From: Chrysomallon squamiferum | Taxonomy: Eukaryota > Animalia > Mollusca | Length of the DNA: 64,000 nucleotides | NCBI GenBank assembly: GCA_012295275.1 | Contig: CM022670.1 | Location: forward strand, 27,776,001 to 27,840,000 | Reading direction: 5' to 3' | Part shown: in pieces, positions 43,032 to 55,860 of the stretch | Layout: each line of letters opens with the position of its first letter | How positions within the stretch are numbered: position 1 is the first letter of the stretch | Notes under the pieces: model-generated | The model's database searches: none | What the model saw: the letters and a program-made list of their open reading frames with translations, nothing else | Told to the model about the DNA's origin: nothing | Translations under genes and position numbers: made by a program

Positions 43032-46000
43032 ACAGCTGTTTTTACATATTCATTTTGAACTTTCGTTAAAAAAGTTTTAAAATAGGTACCTTTGTTTTAG
43101 GACTATGGCTGATGATTACTTAGAATAGATCATAAAATTATTTAAATATGAATGCTTTATATCAAAAGTTTGAAAATTTCCTAATTTACTCATAGATTTT
43201 TTTCCCTCCATAACAAGATATCACTGATTTAAATCATGAAAATAAAGATAAGTGATAAATTTAACCATGATGGCTAATGAATTTGGCTATCTTGCACTTT
43301 TGCAAGTAGATTATTGACTGTTGGTCTTTCATTGATCATTACTGGATAATTAAAAAGGATGGGCTTTTCAACATTCACCCTTTGCTCTGACCACTAACTG
43401 AGATGACCTGCTGTTTAAGCAGATAACAAGTTTGGTCACAAGTTCATTGATATCAAAGTTCCATTCATATGCAAAATACAGCAGCCCAGAGTTCATTGTC
43501 ACAATAATAATATTGCTGATGTCAGGATCTTGTGCACAATGGGTGACATCTCCATACAATATGTTAGTATGGTCAAGCAATTTGTTATTTATACAAAAGA
43601 CAAGAGAATAATTTTAACTAGAAAAATCTCTGTCTAGCTTTTCATTGAAAAATATTGTCACATGAAGATCCAAGGCCAGTATCCTGAGTTCTGCAACTCT
43701 TGCTTGCAGTTATTTTGTATTCTGTATATTGATTTGTTCAGCACCTCATTTGATGGCACTGCAAATCGATCATGGTCCACTTTAGTTGCATTTTTTTTCC
43801 CCTACCCTTCTTGGTTTTTAAAAAGATTTTCTCTCTTTTAGGATAAGTGGATTTATCATTCAGTTTTGTATCCTTTTGCTTTTTCACATTAAAAAACAAA
43901 ACAAAAAAGTGCTGTTTATATTTAATAAAATTCTATCTGTTTATAAATATATGATCCTGATTTTAAGATGAGAATTAGTTTTGTTAAAATGTCTTTTTAA
44001 AAAAAGTGTTTTATTTGAAATTTTTTGCTTTGAGTATTCATTTAATTATGGTAGTTACTTTCTGTTAAGTAAAATATTAACTAATACTGATAACTTTAAT
44101 ATGTGGAAAATTTCATAAATCTTAATATAGAAGAAAGGCAATTAAAATGTTGTAGTAAAGATCACACCAGTTATGAATAACCTACAGTTTCCACAGACCA
44201 TTTTCCTAATGAAAATTAGGTAACAGAATCCAGTCTAATGATATTTAAACACCGATAGTTTACATAGTCATTATACAAACAGTTTGCTACATAATAGGTA
44301 ATCATTTTAATGACACTCCAGGTGGTACATACTGTGGAATATTACTGTGTTCTTCTCCACTGTTACTTGATTAGGTGGTGCAGTAATACTGACCAGCACA
44401 CACCGGTCATTATTCTGTCAGTTTCAGTCAGGCATTACCAAGACTTAAGAGTTTGGTTTGATCTATAAACTGATCAAGGTTTAGAATCAACATATTGAAT
44501 ACTCTAATATATACCTCAGACTGTTACTCTAAGATTTATTATTGATACAGATTTGCAGCAGATAAATATCTGGCTATTGCTGGCACAAACTGATAAATAT
44601 ATATATATATATTTTTTTTTTTAACCAAATAACCAGTGATGTTTTCTCATACATAAATACTTAACTGTCCAGTTTAATAATAATATTAGTGATGATAACA
44701 GACAATGTAAATGTTTTTTCTTCTTCAGACATTTAAAAAAAAAATGTTTTCATTTTCTCCTTTAACATTTAATTTGCATTTTTTATTATTTTTTTTGTAA
44801 GGAAAGAATGACTGATAAAATTTAATGTTTCTTATACCGAAAATACAGTTAATGCACATGCCATGCCTATTTCTGTTTCTCTATAACTTATCAGAATTGC
44901 AAGCCACCAATTAATTTGCTTACTTCATTGTATGTCAAAAGATCATGATCTGACCATTTATTTAAATACCATCAACAATAGCCCTGCACTTCCATTGTTG
45001 TCTGACAGAGCTGCATGATTACTAAGCTATATATATGTGCATTTACATGTTGTTTTTTACATATAGTAACAGAAATTTTCCTCAATGCAGACTGTTTGAC
45101 ATGACTGCATGCTTAATCCTTGAGGCTCTCAGTGTAAAGATTAATTCCTGGGGGAGTTCCTTTTGTCTGAAACCTGTTTACAATGACTGTGACAGATTTA
45201 GCAAACTGTCCATCTGTCACCTCTCCCTCAGGGTTAATTGGTGCTTTGATTAATGTAACACATAACGTCTGAAAAAGGTTAGCTGAGTGTAGAGCAGGAA
45301 AAAAAAATCAAAATTTAAAACTCAATAAATTCAACCAGTATTCTATATCTGACATATCAGATGTCAAGTTTTATGCTTTATCATTAATGAGAATATGTAG
45401 GTTTGTGTGCACATGCATGCCTGTATGTATGTGACATATTACTTTTTGGTAATTGATGAACAACCTCAAGAATGACTTGAAGCAGCTTCCTCTCTCATGT
45501 TTTTATTGTTATTATACCAGAGAATTTATGATTGACACCTAACAGCCATTAATACTAAAATATGAGTACATTCCAGGTCCGAATAAAGTGTCATCTCGTA
45601 CAAAATCACTAATTTTGAACTGAGTTCATTTTGTAATGTTCTCTTTTATTGTGAATAGAGTTTTTTGTTTTGTTTTTTATTTGTTTACAAAAAGAAGTTA
45701 AATAAGAATTTAAAAAAAAGCTAAATGTTCTGAAATAAATGATGTAAAAAACTGCTTGCATTTTTTAAATACAATGCACCATTGTATTAATAGTTGAAAT
45801 CAAGCCTTTTACAATTACAAACTGAAATAACATTTCGTAAAAAGATTATATAATCTGTTTAATGTTAAGAATTAGAACATTTGTATTCATAAATTTAAAA
45901 AAATGTAAATTACAGGTTTTTTGGGTGTTTTTTTTTAAGGTTATTGTTGTTATTAATATTTTAACTTCAAGATACAATATACAAGCAGACTGATTCTTTT

Positions 46001-47121
46001 TGAATCAGATAATAACAGAGCATGGGAAAATTTTTAAGTGTCATTTTAGTTTTCTTTGTTGTAATGACATTTGGTCAAATATTGACAGGTTTAGTTAATG
46101 ATACAAAATACCTAATGGATTGGTTAAAAAATATTTGTGTGGGAAATGCTTTGTGGCATTGATGGGTTTTTTTGTAATGGTAATTCTGAACAGAGCCCTG
46201 GTTTTTAGTTTGTTAAGAGTATCATTTCAGGTACCAGCATTGTCAATTTAACTGACCCTTGCCAGGCATTGTGCCTTGCTAATTGGATCATTAGCTTTTT
46301 TGTTGTTGGCTTTTGATCAAAATGTTACAGGTTTTGGAATAAATTAAAAGATGGCAGTTACAAGAAACATGTTAAAAATAAATTTTGCAGCTAGATAAAG
46401 GCAAAAAAATGAGACTAGAACTGCAGTTGATTTTGTTGGTATTAGAATATTATTCTTCAATTTATACGGCTATGTCAACACCATAATTAGATTAGATTAT
46501 AAACTTAGAAAAAAAGTTAAAAAAAAGAAAAAGAAGAAATGAACAAAATCTCATATATACAGCAAAACATTAACAATAAAATAATTTTAACACCTATTAA
46601 TTACCAGTCATACATTTTATATGAAATAATGATATGAGAAAAGAATTAATCAACTATTTTATTGATTGGTAGAAAGGGATCTTTAAGATGAATTTTCATA
46701 CAGACAGGAAAACACATAGCACAGTCTTTGGAAAAACAAAGCTGGATGTCAGGGAAATTTTTAAAAAGAAAATAGTTAGCAGTAATTTATATCTACAACA
46801 ATTTTAGACTCAACTTGAGAGTAATTTTAATCATTTTTATTTATTTAAAATATCAGCTTCAGAACATAAACACATCTTCGAGGAAACTTCTTTCATACTT
46901 CCAGATAAGTTGGCCTTTTCTGCTTTTTAGAATCAAACAAAAGATGACATTTTTTGGTTGTTCTGTCTGTTCAATGACAAGTTTTGCCCTGACACAGATG
47001 GGGACAGAAGAATGGAAAAGATGATTCACCTTGTTTAAGATTGGCAGACTTGATTTGGTAGATCAATGTCTGGCTGCAAAACCACTTTCTCCTCAGAGCT
47101 AGCACAGTGGATTACAAATCT

Positions 47122-47135
47122 GTTACCATAGAGAT
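47122..47135 (-). promoter_or_regulatory. RFX X-box motif
   Basis: GTTACCATAGAGAT; its reverse complement ATCTCTATGGTAAC fits RTHNYYWTRRNRAC. Confidence 0.25.
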
Positions 47136-48430
47136 CCAAGGAATATAGTTCTTTTGAGAGCCATCTTAATCACTCCCGTTATGGCTGTCATTTAATTTTC
47201 TGCTTTAATATTAAAGAAAAAAATCTAAAAATTTTTTTAAAAAGTTATCAAAAAAATATTAAAGAAAAGAAAAAAAAAAACAATCTTTTTTCTACATTTA
47301 TAAAATTTTTAAATTTTATTATTATTTTTAAAACTCATAAAATTACTATGGTTTGAAAAACATTACCTGTTCTCTGTTTTACATTTGGTTTAACTCAGTT
47401 GTTAGAGCATTTGTCTGAGGTATGTTGTCAATCTTCATCTCTGAGGCATATCCCATTCCACCTAGTATGTCAAAAGTTTTATTTCATTCTTTCCTGTTCA
47501 TTTGAAATTACATTTTTTTTTTTTTTTATACATTACTGCTCTTCAGTGTATATTATAATTAATAAAAAAAAAAAAAAAAAAAAAATTAAAATCAAAAACT
47601 TTCTCTCAAATTTGAAAAAGTCTTATTTACTATAGATTCTGTCTTAATAAACCCAGTTATGTTTTGTCTTTATAATTAAAGAATGGAGGGCTCAGTCATA
47701 AAATATATACTTAGAAATTTGTTAGTTAATTAATTATATTTTATAAAAGGAAATTTATGAAGCTGGACTTGTTTCTGTGACAGTTCTATAAAGACAACAA
47801 AGCATAAAAGGTATGGATGCTTATCATATGTAAAGATTTTCATAACAATGATATTTGAATTTCACAAATATTTTAAAAAAATGTATCCACACAATACACA
47901 GGCTCTCTCGCATGTACAAACACACACTTAATTTACTTATTCAGTCCTACATAGAAAATGATAGTTAAAAGAAATGGAAATGTACAGCAAACATATCAAA
48001 TTTCCATAAGACTTTCTTTAATTAAGAATACACCTAGCTTGCAAGAGATAAGGTTAACTTAAATTGGCTGAAAACATGCCATCTTTAATGGATGTGTTCT
48101 ATAATGAAGGGATGGGTCTCTACATCTGCTTTGGAAAAAGCCAGAAACAAGAAATGATGCATTTATTGATTATTTCTTATGCAAGCCTGGCAGGAGGTTT
48201 TGATCTGCTCCTCAAAATGTAATATTTTCTTTATTCATGTGTAGAAAACTTTTTAACACAGAGAACTTGCTATCAGAATATTTTGTAAACTATATTTCAT
48301 TATGGCTTCACCAAATTATTATTATTAATTTTTATTATTAATTTCTTTTGTAAAGTGTCAGTTCTCTACTCTCTGTTTTTTTTCTTTCATTTCACTGCAT
48401 GAATGACGTTGCTGTAGACGTATATTTCAG

Positions 48431-48454
48431 GTGTTTGTATGAATGATTTAGTAG
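48431..48454 (+). CDS. Candidate 24-nt microexon between the signal peptide and Ig1 (G-VCMNDLV-G)
   Basis: Long pyrimidine tract at 48362-48395, then tatatttcag|, 24 nt, and TAG|GTAAGA. Phase 1/1 and stop-free. A competing upstream AG at 48417 weakens the call. Confidence 0.3.
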
Positions 48455-49092
48455 GTAAGATGTTGAGATTTATAAAAAAATATGTTTCCTTGTGATGTTG
48501 ATTTAAGTTTATTGACCACATCATCCCTGTTCCTTTGAGAGCTGCAGGTTGTTGAGTGCTCCATGATGACATTTGTATGCAGGCTTGCAAGTTGATCAAT
48601 ACAACAACTCTTTGACTGCAACCTGTGCCCATGCTTTGCTAAAACATTTAGGGAGAATTCACTTTTGTGACAGTGGCAGATATTGATCTACACCCACTCT
48701 TTAAACGACATCCCTCAATTCCCCCAATCCCCCACCCCCCAAAAATGTAAGTAAAATAAATAAATAAATAAATAAATAAAGGAAAAATAAAATTAAATAA
48801 AACTTAAGAAATAAACAAAATAAAAAGGACAATAATTTATGTACATTTTTAATATTACCAGATTTTCACATTAACTGAAATTCAGATGATTGAATTATTT
48901 TATATTATTTGCTCTTGAAAGTATCAGCACCTTTAATCTTTTATCATTTTCAAAATAAACTACCTTTTTCCTTTTCTAATATAGACACAGAATAAAATAT
49001 GAAATATTATTAAAATGGTTTTCTTTTAGTCAGTGGATTTGGCTGAACATACAGTTGGACACTGAGTTACTAAAGTTTTACTTTATTATTAA

Positions 49093-49093
<1 letters not shown>

Positions 49094-49138
<45 letters not shown>

Positions 49139-49154
49139 TTTTTTTTTTTTTTTT
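49094..49154. repeat. (ATT)n microsatellite followed by poly-T
   Basis: About 14 ATT units, then a T run. Confidence 0.9.
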
Positions 49155-50932
49155 GAAAAAGAAAAACAATATTTATTTATTGTGTGAAAAGTGAATGATA
49201 AAAAAATAAATGAATATAAAATCTTATCTAGCTTGAAAAATATTTCATACTTATTAGGGGGATTGAAGAGAACATAAAATAAGTATAGTTTGTTATGCTA
49301 GCATTATCAGAAGGAAAGGATGGATATATATGTATCAGCATTTTTCTGAAAATCATATGTCCAGCTGGAACTCCAAAACATGCTTGTAGACTACGTAGAT
49401 AATAAAGTCTCAGAAGCTATAGATAGATCCATTAATTAATCAGTTTTATAGCCACGTGTTTTACATAAAGATAAATCTTTATATTTTTATTTTTTTATGA
49501 AATTTGTTTTGACAACATATAATGGAGCAAACTATATACTTTTCACTTAAGGGACTGTGAAATTATGAAAATTAATGCACATAACAACAAGCAAAGCCAG
49601 AGCAAATTGTGTAATCATGCATTAAAACAAATGGTGTGCATTAGAATATTTCTGAGTCACAGTTTATACACATGGTGTATATCTGTGTGTTCAATCAGTT
49701 ATGTAACTGGTTTGCATTCGTTACTGGAGCCAGTAATAGCTTTCATTCATTTGTCTCTCTTCTCATTATGGAACTCTAAATTACCCAGCATATCACATGA
49801 CATGATGTTTTGTGTAAACAGTTAGTATTAGACATTATGTACAGAGTTCCTTTGGGATGAATTTAATCAGTGACTGTGGAACTAGCACTGAGGCAAATGT
49901 CGGGAATTGTCGGCATGGAGTCTTCATAATGTCCTGATCAATACAGTGACGGAAGCAGATATTACTGCAGTCACAGATACACAGCTAAACACTGACATGT
50001 CATCATACATTACATAGAAATTGTAACAAGCTGTTTATATATACAATAAATACATCAGTATGAATGCAGCATAAATGCATGTACATGATGTAGTGCATTT
50101 TTTTTTAATATAAACTGATACATACCATACACATGTGTACATATTAATCTCCATAAAATGAAATATGCAACTAAATATTTACTGACATTATATGTGCCAA
50201 AATGTACCATTATATGTACCATTCTACAGAAAATAAAATATTTGGTTACTGTCCATATAAGTATTAAAGCAAGTAAATAATATCTAGTGTGTATACTAAA
50301 TGGACTCAGTCATTGCAGACTATTCTAATGCAATTTTTTTCTTATTTTTCTTTCTTTCGTGCTTTCTTTCTTTTTGTCATTGATTTTAAAGGCTGAAGCT
50401 GAAATCAAAACCATTTATGGAATAACAAAAACTAAATGTCAAAAAAAAGAAAAAAAGAAAAAAAAAAGAAATAAAAAGAAGACACTGTCATTTAATTTAT
50501 ATACAGTATATATATATATATTTTTGTTTTTAATTTATTTTACTTTATTTATTTAAATTTTTTGTCTAATTAATGTCAAGTTTTAGATAAAATTATGAAA
50601 TTTATCTTTGTCCAGGTTGAAATTTTATTCTTTAAATAATTATTTAATTTCAGACATTAATTGATGGCAGTTAAAAAATTTTTTAGTTGCACAAGATTTC
50701 TTCAGATTTAATATTACATTGTTTTAGATTGACATTACTCACTATAATTAATGTTTTGATATCAATATTTTGAGACTGTATTTCACAGGGTATTATTCCT
50801 GGCCAAAGAGGGATTTCTGAATTTTATTTTTTTAAATCATTAAACATTTGAACTAACAGAAACATTTTATTACACAGGTTCTGATAATGTCACGTACCAA
50901 TTCCGGTACATCGAGTATTTATCCAGTAAGTA

Positions 50933-51688
50933 ACTTTGACCAGGCAGAAAAAAAGAATATCCCTTCAAAAATAATTCGCACAGACTAAAAGACATATAAA
51001 AATAATGCTTTTAGATTTCATAACACATCAGATTATAGCTATAGTGATAGTTAGTCTAAATGCCTTTGAAAAGATAATTTTGTTTATTTGTTGACAGCAA
51101 AAATATATAATAAAAGAACAATTGATGTGTTTGTGTGTGAAACATAGTTCACAGAAATTAAATAATAATAAAATAAATAAATAAGTAAAACATTAAATTC
51201 ACAGTGCATGAATTAAAAAAAAAGTAATAGTAATAATAATAATAAATAAATAAAAGATAATAAAGGAATAAATTAGATGCATGCTTAATCTTTTATCTGC
51301 TAAAAAATATAAATTACTAAAACATAATGATACAACATTTAACAACAGAAAGAAATAATAAAAACATATATAAGAGGAAAACAAATCTATCATATTATTT
51401 ATTGTTATTTCACTGAAAATTTGTATCATTCTGTTAACATGTTCTAGATATACATCTAAAATACTGGTGTTTTTCATTTCCATTTTCTTTTGTTTTTTTT
51501 CTCCTCTAGACAATTTATTGATTAAAAACAAAAAAGTAAAAGAAAGAAAAAATTAAAAAGATAAAATCACTTCATATTTAAAGTCGATCTTAGTAATCAG
51601 ATATCTTGGCACAAACAAAGCACATTTTTACCTTAGGGATATTTTTTTTCTCTGCTATTAACAATAGATATTTCTGCCTGGTCAAAGT
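50933..51688. mobile_element. Region bounded by inverted repeats (MITE-like remnant or intronic fold-back)
   Basis: ACTTTGACCAGGCAGAAA (50933-50950) is the exact reverse complement of TTTCTGCCTGGTCAAAGT (51671-51688). The adjacent gaaaaaaagaatatccct (50947-50964) pairs imperfectly with agggatattttttttc (51635-51650). Confidence 0.5.
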
Positions 51689-53042
51689 CCTTGAAGGAAA
51701 GGAAAGAACAAAATATATATGATCTCATCTGTGTTGTTGGCTGCATGGAATCTGGCATGCTTAGTTAATTATGTGCTCTTGTTTTCTTGTTGCTTGTAAT
51801 CACAATAATACCTACTTTTACAGACAAGAATATATTTTGAGAAAATAAAAATAAACTTTGATGTTCTTAAATCTGACATATAATTGTCGATATGTTTTGT
51901 TTTGTAAGTGACAGTTTGAAAAGAGAATATTTAGGTAGTTAATTTATTGCTAAAGGATTAACAAAAGAACCCACAAAAAACCAACAACATGAAATTATGA
52001 ATATAATAATAAATAAATAAAATAGAAGTCATATATTGAAATGATTATTTAAAATATTGAACAAATTAGATGAAATTTAATAAAAATTAGACTTGTTTAT
52101 AAGTTTATTAAAGCAGTTCTGAAAAATAAATTTCCATTAATTTTTGAAGGATTGTGTTAAATTATATTTATTGTTATTAGAACTCAAATTTCTTGTCTGT
52201 AATCTTTGGTTTTGTAATTACAGTCAACAAAAAAACATTCTCACATAATTAATTTTACATGTAAGGTTCACTATGTAACAACAAATACAAAAACAACATT
52301 ATGTGTTTCCAGATGTATTTTTTTTTTCTTTTAAGTAATAATTCCTATATTTCAATTATACTGTTTTTATTTTTATTTGATTTTTTTTTTTTTTAATGTG
52401 TTGTTTTCTTTTCTTTCCCTTTTAACCTGTGAAAATATCCCCAAAACATGAAATTCCCACTAGCTATTCCCAACAATTAAAGGGTGTGAAGTCTGTTTAT
52501 TCTTTAAATGGAGTTTGTTTGCAGAATGTGTATTTCAATATATTTCATTTGACCTTTTTGTTGTTGTTGTTTTTTTATATTCAGTTTAATTTTTCATAAC
52601 TTCATATTTTGTTTCAGCATGGCACCTAACAGTTGGTGCTGAAGGAAATTTTTCTGATTCATTCCAGTATTCAAAATATGAAAATGATTGTGTATAAGTG
52701 AATTATTTTACATTGAATTATGATTGCCTTGTATCTGAATATAAACTGAAATGTATGTACAAGCCAAACTGTTTTTACTTCTACATATTTATACTTGTAA
52801 TTTTTTGATATTTTATTCTTGAAATTTAAGAAATATAACTTGAATGGATTGGTCTTTTCTTCAGCAGTAACGTCTTTTATTTTGTTTTCAGTAACCATCA
52901 TGGAACCTTTTGCATACATCTTTATTTTATTTTATTTTTATCTTTATTTGTAGCATAGTTTATTATTGTTATTTATGCTTTCAGTGTTGTTTGACAGTTA
53001 ATTTTCTACATTATACTGTATGTTTCCCTTTGTTTCTTTCAG

Positions 53043-53348
53043 GCCCTCCAAGAATTACTTTGGCACCAAAGAGCCAGAAAGTTGCAGAAGAGACAAAAGT
53101 TAGCTTTTTCTGCAAGGCATCAGGAAACCCAGCACCATTATTTCACTGGGAGAAAGGAACTAAACGTATAAATCCTCGTCGGAATAGATATTTGATAACT
53201 GAAGTACCCCACCTTTCTGTCCTTAGGATAGAACCTGTTAAAGCCAAAAGGGATGAAGCAGTTTACACTTGTGTTGCCAACAATGGGCAAGGAGAAGCAA
53301 GAGCTAATGCAACGCTTCATGTATACAAGAAGGTTGAAGATGGAAGCA
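53043..53348 (+). CDS. Lar: LAR-family receptor PTP, Ig-like domain 1 exon
   Basis: Acceptor tttccctttgtttctttcag| and donor A|GTAAGT, phase 1/1. Translation GPPRITLAPKSQKVAEETKVSFFCKASGNPAPLFHWEKGTKRINPRRNRYLITEVPHLSVLRIEPVKAKRDEAVYTCVANNGQGEARANATLHVYKKVEDGS is an I-set Ig with LAR Ig1 hallmarks (SFxCxAxGxP, WxKxxKx, SVLRIxP..RDE..Y.CVA.N..GE). Confidence 0.93.
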
Positions 53349-55249
53349 GTAAGTTTGTTCTAATATTTTCAACAGGTTTATTCACCATTACCTGAAATAT
53401 ATTCCTTAATGTTATTTTTCCAGCAAAAGAATATGTTTCACTGTTTATAGATTGATTGTGTATTTCATTAAAATTTTCTTCAAAGGTCATGTATTCAAAC
53501 ATTTTAAATGAAATTACCATACTGTTGTATATTAAATTTGTTTTTCCTTATTTTTTATATTTTTTTATATACACTTGTATTTAAACTACATTATTTTATG
53601 GAATATACATTTCCTTCAGTAATCCATGCTTCAGGATATATAACCATGCTGTTCCTACATCCTCAGCTGTTTGTTGAATATCCTTGATTATTGCTTCTAG
53701 CCCTGGGCACAATCAAGATTGATATTACAGCACACACTGATTATTAGTCGGCAGTTTGCTAAGTGTTCTTTAGCAGAGAAGCTGATTACTAAATTGTATG
53801 TCATGATTACCATGGACATTAGACAAATGGAAATAAGCCTGTTTTATTTATTAAAATATTCTAATATTTGTTACTGGAAATTTTACTAGATTGAAAACAT
53901 CAGCAGAATCTTGGTTTCAAGCATAATATTTAATAGTATATAATTTAAAAAAATAAATTAAAAGATGATTTTCATAATTTTGGTTTTATACTTTTGATGA
54001 ATATTTAACTTGCTAAATTTACAAACAAACTTAGAATTTCACAGTTTGATATATGTGTATCACTGACTGTCCATTCAGCACACAGGCTTGAACCATCTGT
54101 TATGGCTTATCAGGCCTGATACTGCCATCATAGTGTTTGTTCATGTAATTGAGATTAATATTGATTCTGTCTAGTAGTGGGAAAATTTAATAACACATTC
54201 TCCATGTCTCAAAGATTTGTTGCCAACCAACATGACAGAGTCACAGAAAGGACAAACTATCTGAGATTTCATTTACATGCTCCACCAAAATGTGCTGTAA
54301 GCCATCTTCTTTGTTACAAACTTTTATTTTTTTATTATATATATATATATATATAAAAAAATACACATGTATATTATTTTTTTATTATTATTATTATATT
54401 TCTTGATTATAATAGTAATTTTGAAAAATGTTTTTTTGTTTGTTTTTTTACAATATTAATTAATTATCTAGTAAATCATTTTAATTAATTTAAAAAAAAA
54501 AGAAGAAAGAGATTTATTTTTTAAAGTATAAACCTTCTAGGGAGAGTCAGTTACAAAAATGATAATTAATTTAAATATAAAATAAAATTTAAATAAAAAA
54601 GATTGTTTATAAACTAACTCTCCAGTGCTGTATTACCACTTTGGCACTGATAATTCATGAGATAATTAATTATCTAACATACATGTTATTTTAGTTTTCA
54701 CTTACTTAATTTCCATGAGTAAACTAGGCTGCTTTTTGTTCTAAACAAAAAACACAGTTGACAAGACCCGCTAAAAAATAGTTATCAGGAATGGTTGTCA
54801 GTGTGAGGAATTGATACAGTAATCACTAGTGACAGTCATGTCATGACTAGTTGTACTTCTAACAGATATGTTTACAAAGACATGTCATCACTAAGGTATC
54901 TTCTTACCACTAACTAATCACTAATACACAAACAAACTACAGGATACTGTTGCTGTCAAAACAAGCATAAGACATGCTGGATTTACTCTCTCAAAACTGC
55001 AGTACAGAAATTTTTGAGTTTTTTCTCTTTCTCATCCCATCTGAAATTAGATATAATAGAGTGTCATTTAGATTTACATAACATAATTTGTAAATCCAGA
55101 GGGGGTGGGTGTGGTGTTTATAACTGTGTCAAACAACACCAACATAGAGTGTAATTTTTCTATTCATCTGGTATTTAGTGCTTGTGTGTTATCAACAAAA
55201 TATAAATCCCCAGTTTTAGAGAGATTAACATTCTTTTCAGAATTATTTA

Positions 55250-55500
55250 TACATATCAGATATCAGAGAAAAAGATAAAATAACAAAATATTTTTTCTAT
55301 GAATGGTCAATCTAGTAGTAGCATGAAATCTTTTATATTCACCTTCCCATAAACAGGGAAACATATATCATCACAGCATTTGAAAAACAAGTTATGGGAC
55401 ATTTACTAGAATGTGAAATAATCCAGTGGATGCAAACAGGTTGCCCCACTGACATGTCATGCATCAGATCAGTGCTGTGATAATTGCTCTAAATGTGCCT
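55250..55500 (-). mobile_element. Degenerate SINE remnant resembling molluscan MetaSINE-type elements
   Basis: tagtagcatgaaatcttttatattcaccttcccataaacagggaaacatatatcatcacagcatttga resembles my recollection of the reverse complement of the Meta-domain core (tagcagcaagggatcttttatatgcaccatcccacagacaggatagcacataccacggcctttg). This is from memory, not a search. Confidence 0.45.
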
Positions 55501-55846
55501 TTGAGGAAAAAATACTTCTGCTCATAAATTAATTGTAAAAAAGGATTGTTCGCTCTTTTATTACCCATCACACCTATCATCTGTTATTACATTACAGTCT
55601 TAAAGATACACTTGATACCATTTTCCTATTTAGGTTGAATACTGAACTCTGTTAAAACTTGTATGACCTCCCAGTTTTAGATTAAATGTACTAAATCTGT
55701 AAACTAAAAAAAGATTTTAACAAACATGTAGAAAGAAAACTTAACCTTTTAGGAAAGGATTGTAGTTTTTGTTACTAGATACATTCAGACTGAGTACTGA
55801 ATGAAGAAAAACTGATGGGTGTATTTGATGAATAAGTGAGAGAATA

Positions 55847-55860
55847 GTTTCCATGGTAAC
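55847..55860. promoter_or_regulatory. RFX X-box motif
   Basis: GTTTCCATGGTAAC fits the X-box consensus RTHNYYWTRRNRAC. Confidence 0.35.

Noticed and set aside
53327-53338. Alternative Ig1 donor AAG|GTTGAA at 53332
   Set aside because: It is a weak donor in phase 0, incompatible with the phase-1 downstream exons.
52910-53395. 161-aa ORF read as a complete single-exon protein with hydrophobic ends
   Set aside because: The N-terminal part is translated pyrimidine-rich intron and the C-terminal KFVLIFSTGLFTIT is read-through past the donor at 53348. Only 53043-53348 is exon.
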